Origin: Cytophagales bacterium
Lineage (GTDB): Bacteria > Bacteroidota > Bacteroidia > Cytophagales > Cyclobacteriaceae
Reading direction: 5' to 3'
Assembly: GCA_025358885.1 (NCBI GenBank)
Contig: JANYHW010000006.1
Location: forward strand, 27-64,026
Length of the DNA stretch: 64,000 nucleotides
Shown here: in pieces, positions 51,250 to 60,697 of the stretch
How positions within the stretch are numbered: the stretch's first letter is position 1
Layout of the letters: every line of letters starts with the position of its first letter
The notes under the pieces: model-generated
What the model saw: the letters and a program-made list of their open reading frames with translations, nothing else
What the model was told of the DNA's origin: nothing
Database searches by the model: none
Program-made: the position numbers and the translations under genes

Positions 51250-52980
51250 ATGAGAACATTGACTAACATACTCTTCTTTCTTTTGTGCTCCACGACCATC
51301 CTCGCACAGGATGCGGGTGGTGTTTTCCGGGCTGCAGGTAGCCCGGAGAATCCGAAAGTTCCTATTTCCTGGAACCGTTACTACAACCATGCCGGGATCA
51401 CGGACATCTGCAAGAAATTGTCGGCATCCTACCCTGATCTTGTTAAACTCAGCTCTATTGGAAAGAGCTTTCAGGGTCGTGAGATGTGGGTACTTACCGT
51501 TACCGATTTCACTAAGGGCAAGCCTGAAGAAAAACCAGGGTTTTATATTGATGGCAACATTCATTCCAATGAAATTCAGGGTACGGAGATGGCGTTGTAT
51601 ACCGCATGGTATTTAGTAGAAACTTTTAAAGATGTCTCCTTTGTCAAGGAGCTGCTGAATGACAAAGTCTTCTACATTGTCCCTACCATCAATCCCGATG
51701 CACGGGACCATTATATGAAGGAACCCAATTCGCCTAACAGCCCAAGGTCTGGAGTAATACCTGTGGACAACGATCGGGATGGGCTTGTTAACGAAGACGG
51801 CTTCAAAGACCTTGATGGTGATGGCAATATCACGCAGATGATCCGCAAAAATTCCAATGGGAGGTTTAAGAAGGACCCGAACGATCTGCGAAAACTTATG
51901 CAGGTGAAAGTGGATGAAGTGGGTGAGTACGAGATATTGGGATCTGAAGGAATTGACAATGATGGGGATGGCCGGGTGAGCGAAGATGGTACCGGCTATT
52001 ATGACCCCAACCGCGACTGGGCCTGGAAATGGCAACCCAATTATATTCAGAACGGTGCGTATAAGTATCCATTCTCCCTGCCTGAAAACAGAAATGTGCG
52101 CGATTTCGTGATGGCCCATCCCAACATTGCAGGTGCTCAAAGTTTTCACAACTCAGGAGGCATGCTGCTTCGCGGCCCGGGGGCGGAAGAAGATATAGGG
52201 ACCTATAATGCTGATGATGTCCGCATTTATGATGCCATTGGAAAAAAGGGAGAACAATTACTTCCCGGCTATCGCTACCTCGTGGTATACAAGGATCTTT
52301 ATACTGCCTGGGGTGGAGAGTTAGATTGGTTTTATGGAGGAAGAGGAGCCTACACTTTTTCAAATGAATTATTCAACTCCTATCAATACTTTCATGTCAA
52401 AGGTGATGGCCAGGGTTTTGGCCAGAATGAAGCATATGATTTTGATAAATCGCTTTTGTTTGGTGATGCGGTGGTGAATTGGAAAGAATTTAACCATCCT
52501 CAATTCGGAAAAATAGAGATCGGCGGGCCAAAGAAAAATTTTACCCGGGCCGATCCAGGTTTCTTATTGGAAAGCGATGCGCATCGCAATATGGCGTTCT
52601 GCATCTACCATGCTTACAGTATGCCCAAATTGGAAATAGATGAAATTGCAGAGAGAGATCTTGGAGGCGGATTGACTGAAGTAACTGTCGTTGTGGCCAA
52701 CAAGCGAATGATTCCCACGCATTCAAGCCAAGACTTAAAATATCGGATTGAGCGGGCTGACTACATCACGCTTGAAGGGGCAAAGGTTGTCGCTGGACTC
52801 ATTGTGGAGAATCGCGACTTGAATCTTATCCGCGAACAGAAGAACAATCCAGCTCAAATGGAGGTTGAAAATATTCCAGGAATGGGGGCTGTCACCATTC
52901 GATGGATCATCAATGGAGGAAAGGGTTATTCAATCAAGGTGAATAGCAAAAAAGGAGGGGTGACGAGTAAATCTAAATAA
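51250..52980 (+). CDS. Secreted M14 metallocarboxypeptidase, paralog 3 (catalytic residues present)
   Basis: Start at MRTLTN (signal peptide); NIHSNE, DPNRDW, SFHN, SNEL; Dx[DN]xDG loops. Confidence 0.9.
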   Translation: MRTLTNILFFLLCSTTILAQDAGGVFRAAGSPENPKVPISWNRYYNHAGITDICKKLSASYPDLVKLSSIGKSFQGREMWVLTVTDFTKGKPEEKPGFYIDGNIHSNEIQGTEMALYTAWYLVETFKDVSFVKELLNDKVFYIVPTINPDARDHYMKEPNSPNSPRSGVIPVDNDRDGLVNEDGFKDLDGDGNITQMIRKNSNGRFKKDPNDLRKLMQVKVDEVGEYEILGSEGIDNDGDGRVSEDGTGYYDPNRDWAWKWQPNYIQNGAYKYPFSLPENRNVRDFVMAHPNIAGAQSFHNSGGMLLRGPGAEEDIGTYNADDVRIYDAIGKKGEQLLPGYRYLVVYKDLYTAWGGELDWFYGGRGAYTFSNELFNSYQYFHVKGDGQGFGQNEAYDFDKSLLFGDAVVNWKEFNHPQFGKIEIGGPKKNFTRADPGFLLESDAHRNMAFCIYHAYSMPKLEIDEIAERDLGGGLTEVTVVVANKRMIPTHSSQDLKYRIERADYITLEGAKVVAGLIVENRDLNLIREQKNNPAQMEVENIPGMGAVTIRWIINGGKGYSIKVNSKKGGVTSKSK

Positions 52981-53002
52981 CGCGTTCTTATTCTTCCTGT
53001 TA

Positions 53003-53033
53003 AAAAAGCCCCGGTTGTCAATCGGGGCTTTTT
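53003..53033. terminator. Bidirectional intrinsic terminator
   Basis: AAAAAGCCCCG-GTTGTCAAT-CGGGGCTTTTT between convergent genes. Confidence 0.85.
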
Positions 53034-53042
53034 GTTTGCTTT

Positions 53043-56000
53043 TCACATGAGATTGAGCAGATAAGAATTCCAGTCAAAAAATTGTTTTTGCTTGATTCCG
53101 CCGCCGCCGGCTTCTCCTTTCTTAAACTCCTCTTCGGACATCACCTTGATGGGCTCAAACAATTTGTCTGAAGTAAGTGTCGAATTGATCTTCTTCAATT
53201 TGTCATTCTTGAGTTGTTCAAATTTCACATCTGCTTTTTTCAACTCATCATCAAGGCTGCCCACGCGGTCGACCTGAGCTGCGCCGGGCTTCCCCGGGTA
53301 GCTGGTGACCTGACCATAAAGTTGTGAGATTTGTTCGGCAAGCTTCTCTTCGGTGTTGATATAAAAGTCTCCACCACGGAACACCAATGCATTGTTTTGA
53401 TCCTCCACTTCTTTAATAAATGGATTAACCAGTTTACCCATTTTTGGATTTTTCTCCACGACTACTTTGGCCTGCTTTGCCATACCATCTTGTGCCGAAT
53501 AGAGGTAAGCCAGATGTTCTGTTTGCTTGTACAAACGCATGGTTGTCTCTTGTTGAACCTTCCTGTCATCGGCGGTATACGGTGATTGATCGGGATACTT
53601 GAGTGTAAAGCTGGTCAGGTATTCCTCCTTGCCCTTGATGACTTTCACTTTGTATGTTCCTGCAGGAAGGTTGGGGCCGAAAAGTGTTCCAAACATAGCC
53701 TGTGGATTTTCTGATGGAGCAGCTTTAGGTTTTTCAAGGGTGGCCGTCATTTCCACCACATTAATCCCGGCGCTTTTTCCGGCAGGGAGTTCACGAATTA
53801 GCTGATCATTCTGATCATAGACTTCAATGGTCATCTTGCCGAAAGTATGACGCTTGTTCATGAAGTACACAATCTTTGCGACCGAGCTGGGATTCTCACC
53901 GGTGTAATTCCCGTCTCCACCAAACCAATTTCCGCCGGCACCCGGATCATTCAATACCGTTGGCCTTGTTTCAAAGAAGTGAATGGACTTTGCCATCACT
54001 TCCGGCGTGAGCTGTCGCAAGGGTGAAATGTCATCGATGATGATGAGTGCCCTTCCATGGGTAGCCAGCACTATGGCATCTTCCTTGGGATGAATAGCAA
54101 TGTCATGCACAGCTACTTTGGGGACATTGTTTTCAAATCGCGACCATTTCTTGCCACCATCCACCGTGATGTACAATCCAAATTCAGTACCTGCATATAG
54201 CAGTGTTGGATTAACACGATCTTCACGGATCACCCACACATGGCCTTCAACTTCAGGGGTTACAATTGAAGTCCAGGTCTTGCCAAGATCGCTAGTCCTG
54301 TAGATGTATGGTTTCATGTCACCATTGCGGTGGTTGTCAAATGAAACATAGGCGACATTGCGATCAAAGTGACTTAAATCGATGGATGAGCACCAGTTTC
54401 CTGCAGGCAAACCCACAATGTTTTTTGTTGCGTTGACCCAGGTTCCACCCTGATTCTCCGTCACCTGAAGAAAGCCATCATCCGTTCCAGCCCAAACGAC
54501 TTTGTCATCTTTAGGCGATTCAGCCGCATAATAGACAGTTGTATTATTTTCTGCAGAGGAATTGTCGATTGACAGACCGCCAGTGAGGCTTTGGCGCTGC
54601 CGTTTTGGATCGTTGCTGGTCAGGTCAGGAGAGATTCTCTTCCAGGTGTCGCCACGATCTTCAGACATAAACAGAAATTGCGAACCCGCATAGATTCTAT
54701 CGGGTTTGTTCGGACTTTGAATGATGGGTGTATTCCAGTTGAACCGGAGTTTGGGACCGCCCTTCTCCGGGTAAGGTTGGATATCTTTAGAGATCCCGGT
54801 TTTCTTGTTGTAACGCCCCATATGTCCTCCCTGGGATTCAGCATAGACTATATCCTTGTCTGTAGGGTGGGGAGAAGACCAGAAACCGTCACCGCCATAG
54901 GTTACATTCCAGTCTTTGTTGGAGACGCCACCGGGTCTTTGGGAAGGGCCAAACCAGGAGCCGTTATCCTGTAATCCTCCATACACATTATAAGGAGTTT
55001 CATTGTCCAGAGCCACATGATAGAATTGACCCACGGGAAGGTTTCCCCACATCTTGAAAGTATATCCCTGATCAAGGGACTCATATACACCTCCATCGGT
55101 ACCCAACAAAATATGGTTTGAGTTATGGGGATCAATCCAGGCGGCGTGCACATCTGAGTGAACGCTTTGAATGGGTCGGAATTTTTTTCCGCCATCGGTG
55201 CTGATGATGGGAGTGAATGCGCATTTGACAATGATGCTGTCATAATTTGGATCCACGGTTAACCGAGAGAAATAAAAAGGACGCACACCATTATTAAAGT
55301 CACTGTTCACAAGCTTCCAGTTCGCGCCGGCATCAACTGATTTATACATTCCTTTGACGTCTTTCGCCTCCACACTCGCATACAACACATTTGCTTTTGA
55401 TGGAGCAGCGGCGATGCCGATTCGGCCCAAAGTAGTTTTAGGGAGACCATTGTGAATTTTATTCCAGGTCGCACCACCATCCGTACTTTTATACAATCCA
55501 CTTGTTCCGGTGAAACCGGAATCAAAGAAATCCGGATATCTTCTATGACTCCACATGGCGGCGTACAGCACATCAGGATTCTTAGGATCAATTTCCAAAT
55601 CTGCGCAACCCGTGTTTTCGTCGATGTACAGAATTTTATTCCAGGTCTTGCCACCATCTGTTGTCTTGAAAACACCACGTTCAGCATTCGCATTCCACAA
55701 GTGTCCCTGGGCAGCAACGAACACCACATCACCATTCTTCGGGTGGATGATGATATCGCTGATGTGTTCAGAGTCTTTTAGTCCCATGAATTGCCATGAT
55801 GAACCGCCGTTAACGGATTTATACAATCCCGTACCTACGCCCACGCTGTTCCGCACCCAGGGCTCACCGGTACCCACCCATACCGTATCAGGATGGTTTT
55901 GATCCAGGGTTACTTTTCCGATGGACATAGTGTAATCATCAAAAATCGGTCGGAAGTTTGCACCGGCACTAACCGATTTCCATACACCACCACCCGCGGA

Positions 56001-56189
56001 GCCCACGTATATAATAGTCGGTTTCTTGTTTACAACTTCGATGTCGGCAATGCGACCACTCATAGTAGCCGGGCCGATATGGCGCGCACGAAGGCCACCC
56101 AAAAGTGCTTTTCCTGACATCTCTGTCTGTGCATAAGTGATTTGCACAAGGCACAGGCATGCCAATGTGCAGAGTAATTTGTTTTTCAT
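53043..56189 (-). CDS. Large secreted VPS10/BNR (Asp-box) beta-propeller protein
   Basis: SGRIAD, many KSxDGGxTW Asp-boxes, GGLQDNG, ATHGR; helical C-terminus. Confidence 0.88.
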   Translation of the reverse strand: MKNKLLCTLACLCLVQITYAQTEMSGKALLGGLRARHIGPATMSGRIADIEVVNKKPTIIYVGSAGGGVWKSVSAGANFRPIFDDYTMSIGKVTLDQNHPDTVWVGTGEPWVRNSVGVGTGLYKSVNGGSSWQFMGLKDSEHISDIIIHPKNGDVVFVAAQGHLWNANAERGVFKTTDGGKTWNKILYIDENTGCADLEIDPKNPDVLYAAMWSHRRYPDFFDSGFTGTSGLYKSTDGGATWNKIHNGLPKTTLGRIGIAAAPSKANVLYASVEAKDVKGMYKSVDAGANWKLVNSDFNNGVRPFYFSRLTVDPNYDSIIVKCAFTPIISTDGGKKFRPIQSVHSDVHAAWIDPHNSNHILLGTDGGVYESLDQGYTFKMWGNLPVGQFYHVALDNETPYNVYGGLQDNGSWFGPSQRPGGVSNKDWNVTYGGDGFWSSPHPTDKDIVYAESQGGHMGRYNKKTGISKDIQPYPEKGGPKLRFNWNTPIIQSPNKPDRIYAGSQFLFMSEDRGDTWKRISPDLTSNDPKRQRQSLTGGLSIDNSSAENNTTVYYAAESPKDDKVVWAGTDDGFLQVTENQGGTWVNATKNIVGLPAGNWCSSIDLSHFDRNVAYVSFDNHRNGDMKPYIYRTSDLGKTWTSIVTPEVEGHVWVIREDRVNPTLLYAGTEFGLYITVDGGKKWSRFENNVPKVAVHDIAIHPKEDAIVLATHGRALIIIDDISPLRQLTPEVMAKSIHFFETRPTVLNDPGAGGNWFGGDGNYTGENPSSVAKIVYFMNKRHTFGKMTIEVYDQNDQLIRELPAGKSAGINVVEMTATLEKPKAAPSENPQAMFGTLFGPNLPAGTYKVKVIKGKEEYLTSFTLKYPDQSPYTADDRKVQQETTMRLYKQTEHLAYLYSAQDGMAKQAKVVVEKNPKMGKLVNPFIKEVEDQNNALVFRGGDFYINTEEKLAEQISQLYGQVTSYPGKPGAAQVDRVGSLDDELKKADVKFEQLKNDKLKKINSTLTSDKLFEPIKVMSEEEFKKGEAGGGGIKQKQFFDWNSYLLNLM

Positions 56190-56209
56190 AGCGATGTTAT
56201 AAAAATGAA

Positions 56210-56237
56210 AAAAGAGACCGTTCCAGCAGTCTCTTTT
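56210..56237. terminator. Terminator-like hairpin between the LolA-like and VPS10 genes
   Basis: AAAAGAGAC-(10 nt)-GTCTCTTTT with a T run on -. Confidence 0.65.
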
Positions 56238-56252
56238 ATTATAATGAGTGTT

Positions 56253-56984
56253 CTATTTCTTTGGGAAGGCAAAGATGCTGTCATCCATAATATCATTGAT
56301 TGTAATCTTTTGAATGGTAATCTTTGACGTTTGCCCGTTTACTTTTTGCTCAATTGAGAAAGGAAACATGAGTCCGCTAACATCCTGGTAGTCGCTCAGG
56401 TATGCCTTTACTTCCGTTCCTTTTTGAGGGCCAGACCGCACAAAGGATGCCTGCATAATGGGCACGAAATTTTCGGAATCAAAATAATGAATCTCGGTGA
56501 TATCTTCTTTGGGATTGTTCTTATTGCGCACAAGTTTAATTTTATAACACTTCACGCCATCAACTTCTTCCGTGCCCTCAAGGGTAACTTCATGGCCTTT
56601 CTTTTTGTAGTCAATAAAGTCATCTTCAAATTCTTCGTCCTTAACATCTTTGGCCTGTTCGTCATCCAGTTTTACCGGGTCTTTTCCTCCCTGAAGCGGG
56701 TTGAGCATCCAGGCATCCTTTCCATCGTACACATTCAAAATGAGTTCCGTACCCTGAACGTTTACGACTGTTTTTTGCTTGTTGGGTGCCTTTTCATATA
56801 TAGTCATCGGAAATTCCTGTCCCATGAAGGCCTTGCCTTCCATCGTTTTGGATTTCAAAGCTTTCCATTTGTCTAGCCCGCCTGTTGCAGTAAAATACTT
56901 AGCCAGAATTTCGTCTGCTGTTTGTGCCTGGGCGGCCACAAAACATATCAGCGCAAGGGCTGTCAACACGGATTTCAATTTCAT
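56253..56984 (-). CDS. Secreted LolA-like/outer-membrane lipoprotein-sorting family protein
   Basis: Signal peptide, TADEILAKY..GG, YDGKDAW, SDYQDVSGLMFPF and DDSIFAFP. Confidence 0.7.
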   Translation of the reverse strand: MKLKSVLTALALICFVAAQAQTADEILAKYFTATGGLDKWKALKSKTMEGKAFMGQEFPMTIYEKAPNKQKTVVNVQGTELILNVYDGKDAWMLNPLQGGKDPVKLDDEQAKDVKDEEFEDDFIDYKKKGHEVTLEGTEEVDGVKCYKIKLVRNKNNPKEDITEIHYFDSENFVPIMQASFVRSGPQKGTEVKAYLSDYQDVSGLMFPFSIEQKVNGQTSKITIQKITINDIMDDSIFAFPKK

Positions 56985-57183
56985 ATGATTGGATTTATTG
57001 GTTTTTTAGGATTTAGGGCATGAAGTTAAATAAAACGTTCCTTATTTCATCTCCACAGCCTTGTGACGAGTTTATACCATTGTTTGTTGCAATTCAGCAC
57101 TTCAAAATTGCAAGGATTCCAAACTGTTGGTCAACGTTTTTGTGGTCGCTTGCGTTAACTTAGCGCCTTGTTAACCGTGAATA

Positions 57184-59238
57184 ATGCGCATCAGCACTGT
57201 TTTGTTCTTGTTATTCGCAGGGTTTGCCACTTTCGGTCAAATCCTGGAGCCAGCGAAGTGGACTTATTCGGTTTCCAACCCGACTCCAAAAGTTGGTGAT
57301 GAGATCGAATTAATATTCAAAGTGTCCATCGATAAGAACTGGTATCTCTACGCCAGTGAATTTCCTTGTGAAGATGGACCCACCCGGACATCCATCACTT
57401 TCAAGTCCGACCCCGGTTTTCAACTCCTTGGCAAACTGCGCGATATCAAACCGATTGACAAGCACGATCACGTCTTTGATTGTGATGTCAAAATCTTCAA
57501 GGTATTAGCCGAGTTTCGGCAGAAGATCAGGATTCTGAAAGCCAGTCCGGTTATCCATGGTGCGTATGAAGCACAGGTATGCACGGACGTTGACGGCCGT
57601 TGTGTTCCCTTCGGTGATGAATTTACTTTTGATGAAATTCATGTGCAGGGTGGAGGTACAGCCACGACAACGGAGCTCTTCAAACAGGACTCCAATCTTT
57701 CGGTCGTGCCGGGTTCCCAAAACCCAGTGACCGGCAACTCCCAACCCTTTCAGGGTCCTATCATGGATAAGACGATCCTCGAAGGTGCTCCCACCCTACA
57801 GGAGGAATCGTTTCTCGGTTATCTTGTATTTGCCTTCATCCTTGGCCTGGCGTCTCTAATAACACCATGTGTTTTTCCGATGGTGCCAATGACCGTAACG
57901 TTTTTCTTAAAAGACAATCAAACCAGGCGAGAGGGAATTCGAAAGGCAATTATCTTCGGGATCTCCATCATTGTTATTTACACCCTTGCAGGAACGCTCT
58001 TCGCCGTTCTTCTTGGCGCAGAAGGTCTTAATGCTTTGGCCACACATTGGGCGCCAAACCTTTTCATATTCATTATCTTCATTGTATTTGCCCTTTCTTT
58101 TTTCGGTCTTTTCGAAATCAATGCACCCAATAAGTTGGTCAACTCGGCGGATCGCCAGGCGGAGAAGGGAGGATTGATGGGGATTTTTTTTATGGCTGCT
58201 ACGTTGGTGCTCGTTTCTTTTTCGTGCACAATTCCTATTGTAGGGAATGTGGTAGTTATGTCGGCTGGCGGGAAAATCATCAAACCGGTCCTGGCCATGT
58301 TTTCTTATTCGTTGGCCTTTTCAATTCCATTTACCCTCTTTGCGATATTTCCCGAATGGATAAAAAGCCTGCCCAAATCAGGTGGATGGCTAAACTCGGT
58401 TAAGGTGACTTTGGGTTTCCTGGAACTCGCCTTGTGCTGGAAATTTCTCAGTATCGCCGACCAGGCTTACCATTGGGGCCTGCTTGACCGTGATGTCAAC
58501 ATTGCTTTATGGATTGTCATCTTTGGACTCCTCGGCGTCTACTTCCTCGGGAAACTGAGGATGGCGGGAGATTCTCCAATTGAATCGGTAACAGTACCAC
58601 GGCTACTTCTTGCTATCCCTACATTCGCATTTGTTGTGTACCTCATTCCAGGATTATGGGGCGCACCATTGAAGATGCTCGCTGGATACCTTCCTCCGAC
58701 ATCGACACTTGACTTTGATCTCGTGGCCATGACCCGCGGACTGAAGAGCACGGAAGTATGTGATGAGCCCATCTATGCGGACTACTTTCATTTGCCGCAT
58801 GGGCTTAATGGTTACTTTGAGTATAAGCAGGCCCTTCAATGCGCCCGGCAACAAAACAAACCGCTGTTCATAGACTTCACCGGTCACGGTTGTACCAATT
58901 GTCGTGAGATGGAAGCGGTAGTGTGGAGTGAACCACAGGTGCTCGAGCGATTGCAAAATGATTTCGTGATCGTAGCGCTTTACGTGGATGACAAGACGGA
59001 GCTGCCCGAATCACTTTGGTACACCTCAGCCTATGACCATAAAGTGAAGAAGACCATTGGTAAACAGAACGCGGATCTTCAGATTAGGAACCTTGAAAAC
59101 AATGCGCAACCATTCTATGTGTTGGTAGGAAGTGATGAACGCGTTCTAGCCTGGCCATATGGTTATGATCGCAGTCCCGAAAAATTTGTACAATTTCTGG
59201 AGCGCGGAAAAAAGAAATTCAATGCCCTTTATAAATAA
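57184..59238 (+). CDS. dsbD: Thiol:disulfide interchange protein DsbD (DsbC-N, TM and thioredoxin domains)
   Basis: TPCVFP, FSCTIP, KSGGWLN and FTGHGCTNCREME motifs. Confidence 0.92.
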   Translation: MRISTVLFLLFAGFATFGQILEPAKWTYSVSNPTPKVGDEIELIFKVSIDKNWYLYASEFPCEDGPTRTSITFKSDPGFQLLGKLRDIKPIDKHDHVFDCDVKIFKVLAEFRQKIRILKASPVIHGAYEAQVCTDVDGRCVPFGDEFTFDEIHVQGGGTATTTELFKQDSNLSVVPGSQNPVTGNSQPFQGPIMDKTILEGAPTLQEESFLGYLVFAFILGLASLITPCVFPMVPMTVTFFLKDNQTRREGIRKAIIFGISIIVIYTLAGTLFAVLLGAEGLNALATHWAPNLFIFIIFIVFALSFFGLFEINAPNKLVNSADRQAEKGGLMGIFFMAATLVLVSFSCTIPIVGNVVVMSAGGKIIKPVLAMFSYSLAFSIPFTLFAIFPEWIKSLPKSGGWLNSVKVTLGFLELALCWKFLSIADQAYHWGLLDRDVNIALWIVIFGLLGVYFLGKLRMAGDSPIESVTVPRLLLAIPTFAFVVYLIPGLWGAPLKMLAGYLPPTSTLDFDLVAMTRGLKSTEVCDEPIYADYFHLPHGLNGYFEYKQALQCARQQNKPLFIDFTGHGCTNCREMEAVVWSEPQVLERLQNDFVIVALYVDDKTELPESLWYTSAYDHKVKKTIGKQNADLQIRNLENNAQPFYVLVGSDERVLAWPYGYDRSPEKFVQFLERGKKKFNALYK

Positions 59239-59287
59239 GTGAAGGATTCATCCGTTGTCTCTAAGCCACCCGTTCCCTAACTTTCTG

Positions 59288-59295
59288 TAGCTTTG
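59288..59295 (+). promoter_or_regulatory. -7 element TAGCTTTG for the M23 gene
   Basis: Exact TAnnTTTG match 39 nt upstream of the ATG. Confidence 0.5.
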
Positions 59296-59334
59296 AATGG
59301 AATTGTGACCCTGAAAAAAGCATAATCGACTTTC

Positions 59335-60633
59335 ATGAAGACCCGTGTTAAACTTATTGTTGGCGTAATCATTGCTTTCTCAGGGTTGATTGTCGGGTAC
59401 ATTCTATTGGATCCGCTTTCGGCCGGTTATTCCAGAAAAGGGGATTTTGCCAATGATACCGTCAAACGTATGGAAGATGAAGTCACCCAGCCAATTGTTC
59501 TCTATGGCATGGTGGTGAATGACCTTCATGTGGTGCGGGATGTGGTTAGACGAAACCAGCGGTTTACAGACCTCCTTCAGGGCTACTATGTACCACAGGG
59601 GGTCCTGCAACAAATGAGCCTATTGCCCCACGAGATATTTGATTTCAGAAAAATTTCTGCGAATAAAAATTATACTTTGATCGCTGACCACGATTCACTT
59701 AAATCCCTGCAGGCCCTTATTTATGAACCCAATTCAATTGACTACTATATCTTTCATCTAAAGGACTCCATGCTTGTGGAATTGGGTCACAGGAAAGTAA
59801 TTGTCAGGGAAAAGGAGGTAGCTGGCGTAATTGGCTCAAGTCTTTTTGAAACGATTGAAAGAATGGGGATATCCCCGGAGCTGACCAACCGTTTTGTTGA
59901 CATCTTCGCTTGGCAGATTGACTTTCAAAGACTGCAAAAAGGAGACCGCTTCAAGTTATTTTATGAGGAACAACAGGTGGAGGGACAGCCCATTGGAATT
60001 GGAAAAATCCTTGGAATTTATTTTGAACACTTTAATCATCCTTATTATGCCGTTCCCTTTGACCAGGGTGATGGAGTTGACTATTTTGATGAATCGGGCA
60101 ACAGTCTGCGCAAGGCACTGCTTAAATATCCTATTGAATTCACCCGAATCAGTTCGCGCTACACCATGAAGCGGTTTCATCCTGTTGAAAAAATCTTCCG
60201 CCCACATTTAGGAACCGACTTCGCTGCACCCATGAATACACCCATCCGCACCGTGGGCGATGGCATCGTGGAGGAAGCACAATACAAAGGCAATAATGGT
60301 AACTATGTAAAGGTCCGTCACAACGGTATCTACACAACGCAATACCTGCACATGTCCAAAATTGCATCCGGAATGAGACCTGGTGTAAAGGTAAAACAGG
60401 GCGAAACAATAGGGTATGTGGGCAGCACAGGTCTCTCGACCGGGCCACATTTGTGTTATCGTTTTTGGCGCAATGGTGTTCAGGTAGATGCCCTCCAGGT
60501 GGAATTGCCCCCGTCTCAACCGGTGAAGCAGGAATTCATTCCCATGTTTGAGGAAGCCAAATTGCGTGTCACCAGAAGGCTGGACCTGATTGCCTTGCCT
60601 GAACCTCCCATGGTGGTTGCCTCAGGCAATTAA
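59335..60633 (+). CDS. M23 peptidoglycan DD-endopeptidase (MepM/Csd-like)
   Basis: N-terminal anchor; HLGTDFAA, YLHMS and TGPHLCY motifs. Confidence 0.93.
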   Translation: MKTRVKLIVGVIIAFSGLIVGYILLDPLSAGYSRKGDFANDTVKRMEDEVTQPIVLYGMVVNDLHVVRDVVRRNQRFTDLLQGYYVPQGVLQQMSLLPHEIFDFRKISANKNYTLIADHDSLKSLQALIYEPNSIDYYIFHLKDSMLVELGHRKVIVREKEVAGVIGSSLFETIERMGISPELTNRFVDIFAWQIDFQRLQKGDRFKLFYEEQQVEGQPIGIGKILGIYFEHFNHPYYAVPFDQGDGVDYFDESGNSLRKALLKYPIEFTRISSRYTMKRFHPVEKIFRPHLGTDFAAPMNTPIRTVGDGIVEEAQYKGNNGNYVKVRHNGIYTTQYLHMSKIASGMRPGVKVKQGETIGYVGSTGLSTGPHLCYRFWRNGVQVDALQVELPPSQPVKQEFIPMFEEAKLRVTRRLDLIALPEPPMVVASGN

Positions 60634-60697
60634 GGTGTATTTATTGCTATACTTCATTTAATTTACCAGTGTTTTCTACAATAGAGTGGCAGCGGAG

